Assembly: GCA_965197905.1 (NCBI GenBank)
Contig: CBDAOB010000004.1
Location: forward strand, 1,056,001-1,120,000
DNA: 64,000 nucleotides
Direction of reading: 5' to 3'
From: Candidatus Latescibacterota bacterium
GTDB taxonomy: Bacteria > Latescibacterota > UBA2968 > UBA8231
The notes under the pieces were generated by a model. That model was given only the letters and a program-made list of their open reading frames with translations, searched no databases and was not told the DNA's origin. Positions 39,042 through 50,200 of this stretch are shown here, in pieces. Numbering within the stretch: the first letter of the stretch is position 1; every line of letters begins with the position of its first letter. The translations under genes were made by a program, and so were the position numbers.

Positions 39042-39359
39042 ATGACTGATGGAACTCAGGTTACAGTAAGCGTGCTTGGAAAGAGTTATACTCTAGAATC
39101 GACTGGAGAGCGCAACGCAGAGTACGTGCGCCAAGTGGCACAGCTGGTAGACGACAAAGGTCGGACCATGGGACCTACCCAAACATCCCCTGTGCAGACG
39201 GCGGTTCTAGCCGGCTTGGAGCTGGTCGACGAATTGCTGAAACTCCGAGCGGAGTACGACACCGCGGAATCGGATATTGCTCAGAGGACATCCAGACTAG
39301 CTTCCTCTCTGGGTAACATCTTCAGAGAGACGTCGGTCACCGGCAAGCCTTCCAACTAA
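39042..39359 (+). CDS. zapA: Cell division protein ZapA
   Basis: VSVLGKSY...YVRQVAQLVD...AVLAGLELVDEL, plus synteny. Confidence 0.85.
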   Translation: MTDGTQVTVSVLGKSYTLESTGERNAEYVRQVAQLVDDKGRTMGPTQTSPVQTAVLAGLELVDELLKLRAEYDTAESDIAQRTSRLASSLGNIFRETSVTGKPSN

Positions 39360-39384
39360 ACGAACACCTGAAAGGAACCGCGTA

Positions 39385-40950
39385 ATGTTGGGTCTTTTGG
39401 GCGAAATCGCCCTAGCGCTCACCATTTCGATCATCTTTTTTTTCGGTGGTTGGTTCGTCTGCACCAAGGTACGGAGACGAAAGATTGGTGACGCCCAGGA
39501 TATCGCCCGCAGCATCATAGACGAAGCGCACAAAGACGGGGAAGCGCTGAAGCAGACCGCCACCCTTGAAGCTCGGGACCAATGGCGGCGAGAGCGGGAA
39601 CCTCTCGAGCGGGAGATCGAATCCTCGAAGCGCTCTTTGCGAGACCTGGAGGGAAAGCTCCTGAAACGGAAGCATCAGCTGGATCGCAAGGTGGATCTTC
39701 TGGACGGTAAGGAGCGCCAGCTTGCCAAGACCGAGGCGGAACTAGAAAAGCGAGGCGAAGAGATCCAGGCTGAGGAGTCCCGTGTCGACGTGATGGTCCG
39801 GCAACAACAACAGCGGCTAGAATCGCTGGCGGGAATGAGCCGCGACGAAGCCCGGCGCCGTTTGATCGAACGCCAAGAAGACCGAGCGAGACAGCTGGCA
39901 GCTCGAAAGGTCAAAGAGATCAAAGACGAGGCCGTTGCCAACGCCAACCGCGAAGCGAAGGAAATCATTACCCGCTCTATACAGCGATTTGCCAGTGAGC
40001 TGTCGGTGGAGAACAGCGTCTCTGCTGTAAACATCCCCGCTGACGAGATGAAGGGTCGAATCATCGGTAGAGATGGTCGCAACATTAGATCCTTCGAGAT
40101 GATCACAGGCGTGGAAGTGATCGTAGATGATACGCCCGGGTTGGTCATGTTGTCCGGATTCGATCCGTTGCGCCGAAATATCGCCAAGAATACGCTGGAA
40201 AAGCTTATTCAGGATGGACGCATCCATCCCGGCCGGATTGAGGAGGTGTACGAAAAGGCGCGCGAAGACGTGGAAGAGCAGATTCGCGAGTCCGGATCCA
40301 AGTCGGCGTTCGATCTGGGCATCCACGATCTCGCCGAACCGATTCTCGATGTTCTCGGAAAGCTGCAGTTTCACAGCAGCTACGGACAGAATCTGCTTTC
40401 CCACAGTCAGGAGGTGTCGGTTCTCGCCGGTATGATGGCCGAGGCGTTGGAGCTGGATGTCCCGCTCTCCCGCCGGGCAGGGCTGCTGCACGACATTGGC
40501 AAGGCGTTGAGCTTGGAGGTGGGAGGAGATCCTATCCAGTCCGGCGCCGCGCTGGCGCGCAAGTGCGGAGAGAGCTCGGAGGTCGTCAGTGTTATCGAGA
40601 CACACGCCATCGATACGCCGTTTCGGTCGGCTATCTCCGTACTGGTTGCCGCCGCTAACGAGATCTCCGTAAACAGGCCCGGCGCCCGCAATGAAAAGAT
40701 CGAACAGTACACCAAGAGATTGCGCGCCGTTGAGGAAATAGCGAGCGCGCAACCGGGCGTGGAAAATGCTTTTGCGCTCCAGAATGGCAGGGAGATCCGG
40801 GTATTGGTCAACTCCGAACAAGTGGATGATGCTTATGCCGATCAATTGGCAGACGACATCGTCGACAAGCTGGAGGAGGAGTTGGAGCAACCTGGCCAGA
40901 TGAAGGTCTGCGTAATCCGCGAGGTGCGCGCCGTCCATTACGCCCGCTGA
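39385..40950 (+). CDS. rny: Ribonuclease Y
   Basis: TM anchor, coiled coil, KH domain (KGRIIGRDGRNI), HD domain (LLHDIGK) and RPGAR. Confidence 0.93.
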   Translation: MLGLLGEIALALTISIIFFFGGWFVCTKVRRRKIGDAQDIARSIIDEAHKDGEALKQTATLEARDQWRREREPLEREIESSKRSLRDLEGKLLKRKHQLDRKVDLLDGKERQLAKTEAELEKRGEEIQAEESRVDVMVRQQQQRLESLAGMSRDEARRRLIERQEDRARQLAARKVKEIKDEAVANANREAKEIITRSIQRFASELSVENSVSAVNIPADEMKGRIIGRDGRNIRSFEMITGVEVIVDDTPGLVMLSGFDPLRRNIAKNTLEKLIQDGRIHPGRIEEVYEKAREDVEEQIRESGSKSAFDLGIHDLAEPILDVLGKLQFHSSYGQNLLSHSQEVSVLAGMMAEALELDVPLSRRAGLLHDIGKALSLEVGGDPIQSGAALARKCGESSEVVSVIETHAIDTPFRSAISVLVAAANEISVNRPGARNEKIEQYTKRLRAVEEIASAQPGVENAFALQNGREIRVLVNSEQVDDAYADQLADDIVDKLEEELEQPGQMKVCVIREVRAVHYAR

Positions 40951-40962
40951 GCCCCCGAACAG

Positions 40963-41781
40963 ATGTTGAATATCCTCTTTGTCGCCGACGTTTTTGCGAA
41001 GGCGGGACGGCGGGCGGCCGCCCATATCATCCCGCAATTGATCCGCGATCGGAACATCGATTTCTGCGTCGTCAATGGTGAGAACGCGGCGGGCGGTTTC
41101 GGCCTCACCGAAAATATCGCCCGCAAGTTCAAGAGCTACGGCGCCGACGTAATAACCACCGGTAATCACGTCTGGGATCGGAAGGATTTTTTGCCCGTCT
41201 TGAATCGGACGGAGTTCCTCCTGCGCCCGTGCAACTATCCCCGGGAAGTGGCGGGAAAGGGGACCGTCGTTGTCACCTCCCGCAGCGATATTCCGGTAGG
41301 CGTTATCAATCTTCAAGGCCGTACCCATTTGCCCAGCATCGACTGCCCCTTCCGGGCGGCTAGAGCGGCAGCCGAAATGCTGCGCCGCGAGACGCCCGTC
41401 GTTCTCATCGATTTCCACGCGGAGGCAACGGCGGAGAAGGTCGCCCTGGGTTGGCATATGGACGGATTGGTTTCTGCCGTAATCGGGACACACACCCATG
41501 TTCAGACCGCCGACGAACGCATACTCCCCCGCGGCACCGCCTACCTTACCGATGCCGGCATGACGGGTCCGCACGATTCGGTGATCGGCGTCCGCTCGGA
41601 GATTGCAATCAGAAGGTTTCTCATGCAAACGCCTATTCGCTTCAAGCCGGCTGAGGAGAATGCGAAGCTCTGCGGCGCAATCGTCGCGGTGGATGAACAA
41701 AGCGGAAAAGCGGAACACATCGAGAGGCTTCAGCTCGATGTAGAGTCCAGCAGTACAGAGGGGGACGAAGAGGGGGATTGA
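40963..41781 (+). CDS. ymdB: YmdB/TIGR00282 metallophosphoesterase
   Basis: NGENAAGG, TGNH, DFHAEAT, GTHTHV and DAGMTG. Confidence 0.93.
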   Translation: MLNILFVADVFAKAGRRAAAHIIPQLIRDRNIDFCVVNGENAAGGFGLTENIARKFKSYGADVITTGNHVWDRKDFLPVLNRTEFLLRPCNYPREVAGKGTVVVTSRSDIPVGVINLQGRTHLPSIDCPFRAARAAAEMLRRETPVVLIDFHAEATAEKVALGWHMDGLVSAVIGTHTHVQTADERILPRGTAYLTDAGMTGPHDSVIGVRSEIAIRRFLMQTPIRFKPAEENAKLCGAIVAVDEQSGKAEHIERLQLDVESSSTEGDEEGD

Positions 41782-43035
41782 ATGCTTGAAGAATACACTG
41801 ACCTGAGTGCAAACGCGTCGTCTGACCGGCGCCCCCTTTCGGTCTCCGACCTAACCTTACAGGTCAAGGATGTCCTCGAGGATGCTCTGCCACCGTGTTG
41901 GGTGATGGGAGAGGTGTCCGAGTTTACCCACCATAGCTCGGGACATCGCTACTTCACCCTGGTTGACGATTTCTCGCAGCTGAGTTGCGTCATGTTCAAG
42001 TGGCAAGGACGCGGCGTCCGCTTCGTTCCCGAACGCGGCATGCAGATTCTCGTTCAAGGGCATATATCGGTCTACGAGCGGGGCGGCAGATACCAGTTTT
42101 ACGTAACCCGGTTGCAGCCGGCGGGCGTGGGCGAACTCGCCCTGGCGTTCGAGCAGATGAAGAACCGTTTGGAGGATGAGGGGCTCTTCGATGCCGAGCG
42201 CAAGCGGCCCTTACCCCCCTTTCCCCGATCCGTCGGTGTGGTTACCTCGGCTTCGGGGGCAGCCATACGAGACATCCATCAGGTTCTGGCTCGGCGCGCA
42301 CCCGGCTTGCAAATCGTCTTGGCGCCGGCGCGGGTCCAGGGACCGGGCGCCGCCGAGGAGATAACGCAGGCAATCCGGGATCTGAATCGCCACGGAGGGG
42401 TGGATATCTTGATCGTGGGGCGGGGCGGAGGCTCGCCGGAAGATCTGTGGTGTTTTAACGAGGAGATGGTTGCCCGTGCGATCTATCAATCCGCGATACC
42501 AGTCATTTCGGCAGTCGGCCACGAGATAGACTACACCATATCCGACTACGTGGCGGACTACCGCGCTGCCACCCCTTCGGCCGCCGCGGAGATAGTCGCG
42601 GTCGAGCAAGCAGCGTTGACCCGGCGGGTCATCGAGCTGCGCCGGCGACTGCGTAAAACTATGCAGACGTTGCTGGAAACAGTGACTCAGCGCATCCAGA
42701 GCATGCGGCCGGAACGTTTATACTTGCGACTGCGCGATCGACTGCAGCAAGGCAGCCTGGTGGTCGACGACCGACGACAGGCTTTGTTAAATGCGTTTGA
42801 CTGGTACGCACGCAGCAAAGTCGACACGCTGCGCAGCGCCATGGTTCGCCTCCACGATCTGAGTCCCCTCAGCGGGCTCAGGAGAGGATATTCGCTGTGC
42901 CATGGCGGAGATGGGAAACTGGTGCGCGACAGTGCCCAGCTTCAGATAGGCGATAGCATCAATCTGCGATTCCAAAAGGGTGGAGCCCGTTGTTTGGTAG
43001 AGGAGAAGATCGATGACGAAATCGAAAACGTTTGA
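41782..43035 (+). CDS. xseA: Exodeoxyribonuclease VII large subunit
   Basis: SGHRYF, GAAIRD, RGGGS.EDL, AVGHEID and TPSAAAE. Confidence 0.97.
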   Translation: MLEEYTDLSANASSDRRPLSVSDLTLQVKDVLEDALPPCWVMGEVSEFTHHSSGHRYFTLVDDFSQLSCVMFKWQGRGVRFVPERGMQILVQGHISVYERGGRYQFYVTRLQPAGVGELALAFEQMKNRLEDEGLFDAERKRPLPPFPRSVGVVTSASGAAIRDIHQVLARRAPGLQIVLAPARVQGPGAAEEITQAIRDLNRHGGVDILIVGRGGGSPEDLWCFNEEMVARAIYQSAIPVISAVGHEIDYTISDYVADYRAATPSAAAEIVAVEQAALTRRVIELRRRLRKTMQTLLETVTQRIQSMRPERLYLRLRDRLQQGSLVVDDRRQALLNAFDWYARSKVDTLRSAMVRLHDLSPLSGLRRGYSLCHGGDGKLVRDSAQLQIGDSINLRFQKGGARCLVEEKIDDEIENV

Positions 43036-43261
43036 GGAAGCGCTCGAACAGTTGGAAGACAGCGTCGAGCGCTTGGAGTCGGGCGACCTAAAACTGGAGG
43101 ATGCCCTGAGTGTATTCGAAGACGGGGTGTCTGCGTCCCGCCTCTGTAGCAAGTTGCTGGACCAGACCCGGAAGCGGGTCCAGGTGCTTGCCGCTGAGGA
43201 AGACGGTGAATTCACCCTGTCGTTTCTCGATGACGAGGAACTGGAAGATGATGAGAAGTAG
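43013..43261 (+). CDS. xseB: Exodeoxyribonuclease VII small subunit
   Basis: FEEALEQLE..VE.LESG.L.LE....FE.G. Confidence 0.95.
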   Translation: MTKSKTFEEALEQLEDSVERLESGDLKLEDALSVFEDGVSASRLCSKLLDQTRKRVQVLAAEEDGEFTLSFLDDEELEDDEK

Positions 43262-43282
43262 CGGCGGTATCGAGCCGACGCG

Positions 43283-44977
43283 ATGCTGACCCGGCTCTTC
43301 ATCAGGGATTTCGCGCTCATTCGCGAGCTGGAAATCCAGTTCTGTGCGGATCTGAACGTGCTCACCGGCGAGACGGGAGCCGGAAAATCGATCATTCTAG
43401 GCGCGCTGAATTCACTCCTGGGCGGCGGCGCCCGGGCGGACATGGTGCGCGACGGCGCCGATCGGTGTTTGGTAGAGGGCCTGTTTGAGTTTCCCGATGC
43501 CAGTCCGGTGTTGGAACGCCTCGCGGAGTCGGGATTCCCGGCGGATGACAACCAACTGGCCTTGCGGCGAGAGATTCTCAGCGGTGGTCGCTCTCGCGCG
43601 TTCTTCAACGGGCTCTCGATCCCGCTGAAGAAGCTGCGGGAAATCGGGTCGACGCTGGTAGACGTCCACGGACAGCACGAGCACCAATCCCTGCTGCGGG
43701 TCGACCGGCACTCTACCTACCTGGACGCGTTCGGTGGTTTGACGCCAAGAGCTGACGCGCTTGGAGACCTGTACCGCGAGTTTGGCTCCACCGAGAGCGC
43801 GCTGCGCGAATTGCATCATCAGAAACGGCGTTATGAGGAGGCGAATGAGCTCAGGGAGTTCCAGCTCGACGAGATACGCGACCTCGATCCCAAAGCGGGA
43901 GAGGATGCAGCGATCGAACAGGAACTCACCGTGCTGGAAAACGGGGAGCGCATCCGTCAGGTCACGAGCCGGCTGGCCGATGCTCTGTATCAAGCCGACG
44001 GATCGGTTGTCGAGCAGATCGGGCGGCTGCGCCGGGAGCTGGACCAGGTCGCGTCTATCGACCGCAACCTCGCCGCGCCGACCGAGCAGATCCAGGGATT
44101 GATCTACGGCATCGAGGAGCTTGCAGCCGATCTTTTGAGCTACTCGGAGAATCTGGACAGCGACCCCGAGCGCATTGCCCAACTGCGGGATCGACTCGAT
44201 GCCGTGCGTCAGCTAGTCAGCAAGTACGGCGGATCTCTGGATCGTCTGATTGCGTTCGCGGCAGAGCTGGAAACGGGGGAGGCCAAATCGGAAGCGCTGG
44301 ACGAAGAGATAACCGCCGCCGCTGCGGAGCGAGATCGATCGGCATCACAGTACGCAACCGCCTGTCTTGATCTGTCCGCAGCTCGCTCGCATGCCGCGGG
44401 AGATCTGGTAACGCAGGTGGAAGCCGGCTTGCGCACTCTGGGCGCCCCCAATGCGGTATTCGAGGTGCGGCTGGATACCCGGCCGGACCCCGACGGTCTG
44501 GTAGAAAAAGACGGGGTCAGGGTGCACGCCGACGAGAGTGGCATCGAACGCGTGGAGTTCTTCCTGTCGGCGAATCCGGGAGAAACACCCAAGCCACTGG
44601 CCAACGTCGGATCGGGCGGGGAGCTGTCTCGCATCATGCTCATTCTCAGGGAGCTTATCGCTACCGGGGACGGCGTGTCAACCCTGGTATTCGACGAGAT
44701 CGACACCGGAATCTCGGGCCGCATGGCCGCCGCCGTAGGCAAAAAACTGAAAGCGCTCGCGGCGACCCATCAAGTCGTGGTGATCACTCACCTGCCGCAG
44801 ATAGCGAGTTTGGCGGATCGCCACATGGCGGTGCGCAAGCGACCGGAAGAAGGCCGCATGGTGACTTCGGTCCAGGTCTTGGAAAACGAGGAGCGTACCG
44901 AGGAAATCGCCCAGCTGCTTGCGGGAGAGGAAATATCCGACTCGGCTCGCGAACACGCTCAAAGAATGTTGGGATAA
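43283..44977 (+). CDS. recN: DNA repair protein RecN
   Basis: TGETGAGKS, HGQHEH, SGGELSR, FDEIDTG and THLPQ. Confidence 0.97.
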   Translation: MLTRLFIRDFALIRELEIQFCADLNVLTGETGAGKSIILGALNSLLGGGARADMVRDGADRCLVEGLFEFPDASPVLERLAESGFPADDNQLALRREILSGGRSRAFFNGLSIPLKKLREIGSTLVDVHGQHEHQSLLRVDRHSTYLDAFGGLTPRADALGDLYREFGSTESALRELHHQKRRYEEANELREFQLDEIRDLDPKAGEDAAIEQELTVLENGERIRQVTSRLADALYQADGSVVEQIGRLRRELDQVASIDRNLAAPTEQIQGLIYGIEELAADLLSYSENLDSDPERIAQLRDRLDAVRQLVSKYGGSLDRLIAFAAELETGEAKSEALDEEITAAAAERDRSASQYATACLDLSAARSHAAGDLVTQVEAGLRTLGAPNAVFEVRLDTRPDPDGLVEKDGVRVHADESGIERVEFFLSANPGETPKPLANVGSGGELSRIMLILRELIATGDGVSTLVFDEIDTGISGRMAAAVGKKLKALAATHQVVVITHLPQIASLADRHMAVRKRPEEGRMVTSVQVLENEERTEEIAQLLAGEEISDSAREHAQRMLG

Positions 44978-44986
44978 GCGGCCGCC

Positions 44987-45547
44987 GTGTTGGCCAACGC
45001 GCTCAGCCTTCTACGAATCGCCCTCGCACCTCTCATTGTCCATTCCTTGCAGCACCCCCCGGAACAGGCGGTCTGGTGGACGCTCTCACTACTGGCGACC
45101 GCAGCGCTGACGGATCTGGCAGATGGATTCGTTGCCCGCAGATTCAATCAGGTCAGCCGGACCGGTCGGATACTGGACCCCATCGCAGACAAGATCTTCT
45201 TGGTGTCGGTGGGGTTTGCGCTGGTCATTTGGCGCGAATTTCCGACTTGGCTCTTGGTGACCCTTCTGGCGAGAGATCTGGGAATCGTGGTCGCCGGAGC
45301 CTTCCTGCTTGGAAGGCGCGATATTGTGGTTCCTCCCAATCGCATCGGCAAGAATACAACCGTGGTGCTGATGTCGGCCGCCGTGAGTTTTGTTGTCGAC
45401 ACCCCCGAACTGTTGCGGCAGGGGCTGGTTTGGATTTCGGCCGTGTTCCTGCTGCTGTCGAGCGCGAGTTACGTGTTGCTGCTGCGCAACATTCTGCGTG
45501 GAGCGGCCTGTCGGGAAGAGGAAAGCGGCGGGGGAGATCCCGGGTAG
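44987..45547 (+). CDS. CDP-alcohol phosphatidyltransferase (PgsA-like)
   Basis: DLADGFVARR...GRILDPIADK motif. Confidence 0.88.
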   Translation: MLANALSLLRIALAPLIVHSLQHPPEQAVWWTLSLLATAALTDLADGFVARRFNQVSRTGRILDPIADKIFLVSVGFALVIWREFPTWLLVTLLARDLGIVVAGAFLLGRRDIVVPPNRIGKNTTVVLMSAAVSFVVDTPELLRQGLVWISAVFLLLSSASYVLLLRNILRGAACREEESGGGDPG

Positions 45548-45557
45548 CGGCAGTGCG

Positions 45558-46298
45558 CTAGTCGATGGTGGGTGGGTTTGTTCCGAGTTCCGCCAGCCGT
45601 TCGGCGGCGTATTCCGAGTGGGGAAGATCAGAACCGAATAGATCGATGTAACGCTGCAAAACTTCGGCTTCGCGCTCCTCCTCCTCCAGGCTGCGGTGGG
45701 CCATAGCCAGATTCACATAAAACTCCGGCATCTGCTCGTTCAACCGCACCGCCGTCGACAAAACATCGATCGCCTCTTCGAACTGTTCGCGCTCTTTGTA
45801 GACCTGTCCCAGGTTGTTGTACGCCTCCACCAGCGTCGAATCGCTAGCGATCGCCTTTAGATAGCTCTCCTCCGCTTCATCCAGGCGGCCGGTCACTTTG
45901 TAGATAAAACCGATGTTGTTATGCGCCTTGGCGTCGTTGCTGCGAAAACGCACGGTCTGCAGATAAGAAGCCAGGGCCGCTTCGGCATCGCCGTCCTGAT
46001 ACTGAATCTGCGCCAACTTGAAATGGGCGTCGGGGAACGCATCATGAAGGCGAAGGCTCCGTTGGAAACAGACGCGCGCCGAATCACTCATGTCGAATTT
46101 CAGGTACACTTCGCCAAGTCTGAAGTGGACCAGGGGTGAACCGGGGTGATTCTCCAGCGAGGAATAGAGCGGTTCGATTTCCTCCGCTAGTTGAGCCGTC
46201 ATCGGGTCGACGGGCTGCTCGTCGTCGCCGCAACCGATCAGGCCGACGCCGAAAGACGTTGTCGCGAGCATGGCAAACTTCACGAATGCCGGCGCCAC
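45558..46298 (-). CDS. TPR lipoprotein
   Basis: LIGC lipobox and repeated AHNNIG/AYNNLG TPR motifs. Start uncertain. Confidence 0.8.
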   Translation of the reverse strand: MAPAFVKFAMLATTSFGVGLIGCGDDEQPVDPMTAQLAEEIEPLYSSLENHPGSPLVHFRLGEVYLKFDMSDSARVCFQRSLRLHDAFPDAHFKLAQIQYQDGDAEAALASYLQTVRFRSNDAKAHNNIGFIYKVTGRLDEAEESYLKAIASDSTLVEAYNNLGQVYKEREQFEEAIDVLSTAVRLNEQMPEFYVNLAMAHRSLEEEEREAEVLQRYIDLFGSDLPHSEYAAERLAELGTNPPTID

Positions 46299-46858
46299 AG
46301 GACCCTCGCCGCAAAACGCCAGCCGTACATGGTGGACCTGTCGCGCCTCATCATGGGCCGCTGGAACTCCGTCGCCGTCAACAGGGTTCTCCAGTTCAGA
46401 ACCGTCTTAAACGGAATGGCTGGAGCATCCGCTTGGACAACACCAAACATGTAGCCGCGGCTGATGGGAATCGGTTCGTTCAAGATAACTCTATTAAATC
46501 CGATCTGCTTCGGCAGGACCGTTTCGCTCTCGCCCGCAAGCTCGAGAAACTCGCGAGACGAAACGTATTTGACGATAAGCAGCTTTACCGGGGTTAACCT
46601 ATGCGCGTAAAACTCCCAGGCGAACACCTCACCCTGGCTCGCTTCAGGAGGAAACCGCAAGGTGGTTTCGATGAAGGTGAGTCCCGCGTGGTCAATGAGC
46701 GAATCCGCTGCGGACAGATTCCCCCAGCCGACCGTGTCGACCTGGACGTCCCCTTCCCAAAACCTCTCACCCTCCAGGGCGATCGGTGGGTCGACGGTCT
46801 CGACCTTCTCCGCGGCGCAGCCAACGAAGAATGCAACAAGAATAATGAGGGCGCTCAC
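46280..46858 (-). CDS. Hypothetical lipoprotein
   Basis: FFVGC lipobox and a beta-rich body. Tightly packed with neighbours. Confidence 0.7.
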   Translation of the reverse strand: MSALIILVAFFVGCAAEKVETVDPPIALEGERFWEGDVQVDTVGWGNLSAADSLIDHAGLTFIETTLRFPPEASQGEVFAWEFYAHRLTPVKLLIVKYVSSREFLELAGESETVLPKQIGFNRVILNEPIPISRGYMFGVVQADAPAIPFKTVLNWRTLLTATEFQRPMMRRDRSTMYGWRFAARVLWRRHS

Positions 46859-46859
46859 G

Positions 46860-47057
46860 TTACTTGATCTTTTCAGCTTCTAGGGAGCCATACTGGCGGC
46901 GTGCAGCCACCAGGCTTCGCGAGTGCCATTGGCGCCAGAACCGGCGGAACAGGCGGTCGACTTCGACGAAGTCGACCTCTTCTTCCTTGAATTCCACCTG
47001 CCGGCGTAGGGTGCGGTTTCGATTCGTCCCGTGCGGCAGGCGTATCAGCTTGAGCAT
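46860..47057 (-). CDS. Small basic hypothetical protein
   Basis: GAGG ribosome-binding site before ATG; stop lies 1 nt from the next start. Confidence 0.5.
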   Translation of the reverse strand: MLKLIRLPHGTNRNRTLRRQVEFKEEEVDFVEVDRLFRRFWRQWHSRSLVAARRQYGSLEAEKIK

Positions 47058-47200
47058 CGACGCCTCAGTTGGGATGTATCCAACGGCGCCAGTAGGCGTG
47101 CGCTTCCCGCTGGATGCGCAGCCTCGTGAAGTTGTCCAACATCTCGATAATCTTAAGTCGCAAAGCGAATTTGCGTAGATCGATCACGTGTGGAGTCTCC

Positions 47201-50200
47201 TCAAAGGTTGAAGCCGAAGTAATAGCGATACTTGTCTATCGGACCGTCATCGGCCAATTGATTTCGATCCAGCGGTCGAGCCACCTGGAAGAAGGCATAC
47301 ATGGGTAGGCGATAAAATGTGAACAACTGCATGCGAACCTCACCACCGATATCGCGAATAACATCGTCCCCGTCGAAATCGCCTAACCTGAATTCGGCGA
47401 AATTCCCCACCGCACCCACTTCGGCAAACAGGCGACCGTAGATTTTGGCGAAGGTAAAGTTCAGGAAGCGAAAGTTCAGACGCGACACCAGCGGGAAGGT
47501 GTATTCAAGCTTTCCGTACATCAGCTTCGATCCCGATTGGACGAAATAGGGATACCCGCTCATGAGGTTGAGCCCACCCAAGTAGTAACGCAGGGGCCAA
47601 TAGAAGCGTCCTTCGAACAAACCTCCATCCGGTATGAAACCAGGTTTGAGCTTCAGGTTTCGATACGCTCCCAACATCTGGAACCCAAGGGCGTTTCCGA
47701 ACGGAAGACCAATCCGCTCGCGGTACATGCCTACGTACTCGTTGACGCGGAACCGCTTTTTGGCGGGGCCGAATGCATCCAGCGGAACGCCGTTGGTTGA
47801 GGTCTGCTGGGCAAGTGAATCGGCCACTGTCGGCGCGCTGTAGCGGTAGAGAAAAGAAAACTCCCGTCCCTGCCGATAGAAGGCCTGGTCTGCGGTCGGT
47901 TTGTAATTCTGATACGTCCAGCCGATGGAGATATCGTGGGACGAAAAGAAGTCGAGCCCGTCGTAGAACGCCTGGCTGCTGTTCGGTTCCACCAACAGGG
48001 TGTCCTGGCCCAGCTCGAGATCATCTAGCTCATTGGTTATATCCACGCCATCCTGAACCACGAAGATCTGTTGTTGAACGCGAAACCGACGCAGGTCCCA
48101 GCTCTCGCGATAATCACGGCGGAAGTACTGAAACGACAGTTGCTGGCGACGGGTTAGGGGAACATCGATTCCCAGGGCGATCTGCTCGTAGGTACTCTTG
48201 AACAGATCCTCGCGGCTGTCCAGCTCGTTCACGTACTGCCGCACGTCGGGAATCAGCAGACTTCGAGTCGAATCCACCGGCGTGAATATGGTGGACTCTG
48301 GAATGGTGTCGTTGATCACCGTATCGCCTTTGAGCAGATTGTCGATCTCGAGACGGCGGTACAAGGCGTAAAACGACGGATTGAAGGTGCGGTTGTTGCC
48401 CACCATCGGCCGCAGACTGCGCTGCGTATACAACACCAGGTCGGTGTTGAAATCGGTATCCTCGCGAAGGTTTTTCCCCGCGGTGACCCGCGCCACGAAT
48501 TGCTGACCGCCAAACATCTCGCCGGTGGAAAACCAGGCGCCGCCGCTGACCTGATTGAGTCCGAAGGTATCCCCCACGAAGGTGGGACCCACGTTCAGCA
48601 GGGGAATGAGGCGATAGGTCTTACGTCCTCCATACCTCTGAACCTGGTACTCTTCGGAAAGTTTCGAACCCTGGAAGATCGACTGGAAGTCTCGCTGGGC
48701 GACGAACTCCAACGGTTGCGCCCGCTGGTACTCTCCTAATGCGAATTCGAAGAGATCGTGATTCGAGGCGTGGTACCCTGAGTAAACCACCTTGCCGTCG
48801 GGCGACACCGTCGGCGTAAACGCCCCGCCCAAAACATTGGTCAGCTGCTCCACCTCACCTGTTTCCATGGTGTAGCGATAGATGTTGAAGATCCCGGTTT
48901 GGTCCGATGAGTAGACGAATCCGCTACCGTCGGGCAACCAGCTGGGATCGCGTTCATCGAACTGCGAAGCCACCATGGGCCGAAACCCCGAGGTATCGGG
49001 ATCGGGAAAAGCCAGCGTATCCGGAAATACCTCCAGTGAATCCGAGCGGTCGACCTTGAGGCGATCGCGTTTGGTTTTCTTGTCCGGCTTCGGAGGGCTG
49101 TCAGCCCGTATCATGGCGATGTCGCGATCCTCGCCGCGGAAGATCGAGAACAGGAGCCACTTGCCGTCGGGCGACCACTGCGGACCCCAATACTGGGTTG
49201 CGTCGTTGTTGTTGGTGAGATATTTGAGCCCGCTTCCATCCCTGTTGATCATGCCAAGATTGTTATTGCCGTCTTCGTTGTGCACGAATGCGATCTTCTT
49301 CCCGTCGGGAGAGAAGCGGGGGTCCTTGGCGCGAAGGTTGGCGCTTATGCGGCGCTCTCTCTTCTTCGACAGGTCGTAGATATAGAGATCGTTGAAACCC
49401 CCGTTACTGCGCACGTAAACCAGCTCGTCGCTGTCGGGAGACCAGGAGCTCCGCGTGTGGACCCAATCAGTCGCGAAATCGTTGAACATCCTGTTGCGTT
49501 TGACGGTCTGTTTCTTTCCTGTCTCGATGTCGTAGATCTTCAGGAAGGTGATGGCATAATCCCAATCTTCGCTCGACAGATATGCCAGTTTCTTGCCATC
49601 GGGAGAAAACGATGGGTAGTACTCGCGAATGCCTTCGTTTAGTCGGCGCAGTGCCTTGCCCTCGAAAAAGGTGTTGCCGCGGACCTCTTCAGCCTGTTGG
49701 GTGTAATGCTCCTTCAAGAAGCTCTTCCAATCGTCGTAGAGCTGATCGGCGGAGATGCCGAGCACCGATTCAATCGCCGGATCGAAGCTGAGGTGTCCGG
49801 TGTGGTGGGTGAGCTCTTCGACCTTTTCTGGCCCGTACTGTTCGGCGATATAGGTCAGCAACCCGTACCCCTGGTTGTAGACCATCTCGCCGTAGTTGGC
49901 TCCGGTTCGGTTTTGAACCGTGCCCATCTCTTCGTAGGACAGCAGATCGTCTTCCAGCACGGCCATGCGCAGGGCCATGTCGCGGTGGGTGTCCCATTCG
50001 TCGTAACCCAGCTGCTTGGTTGCGAACTGCGCCACTCCCTCGGACCACCAACGGGGTGCGTTCATGTGGTATAGCGGGAGTGAGAAGCTGATGTCGGGGT
50101 TGGAGTCGAAGCGGGAAACGGATAACAGCGCAAATTGGACCGGCCACTTCTTGCGCGCCATGTTCAAGGTCATGATGTGGGCGAGCTCGTGGGCAAACAC

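Noticed and set aside
39360..39384. 6S RNA, often found downstream of zapA
   Set aside because: Only 25 nt lie between zapA and rny.
39817..41718. 633-aa antisense ORF, and other long shadow ORFs such as 5884-7041, 8037-9119 and 16655-17836
   Set aside because: They overlap well-supported genes and lack motifs; such ORFs are expected in GC-rich DNA.
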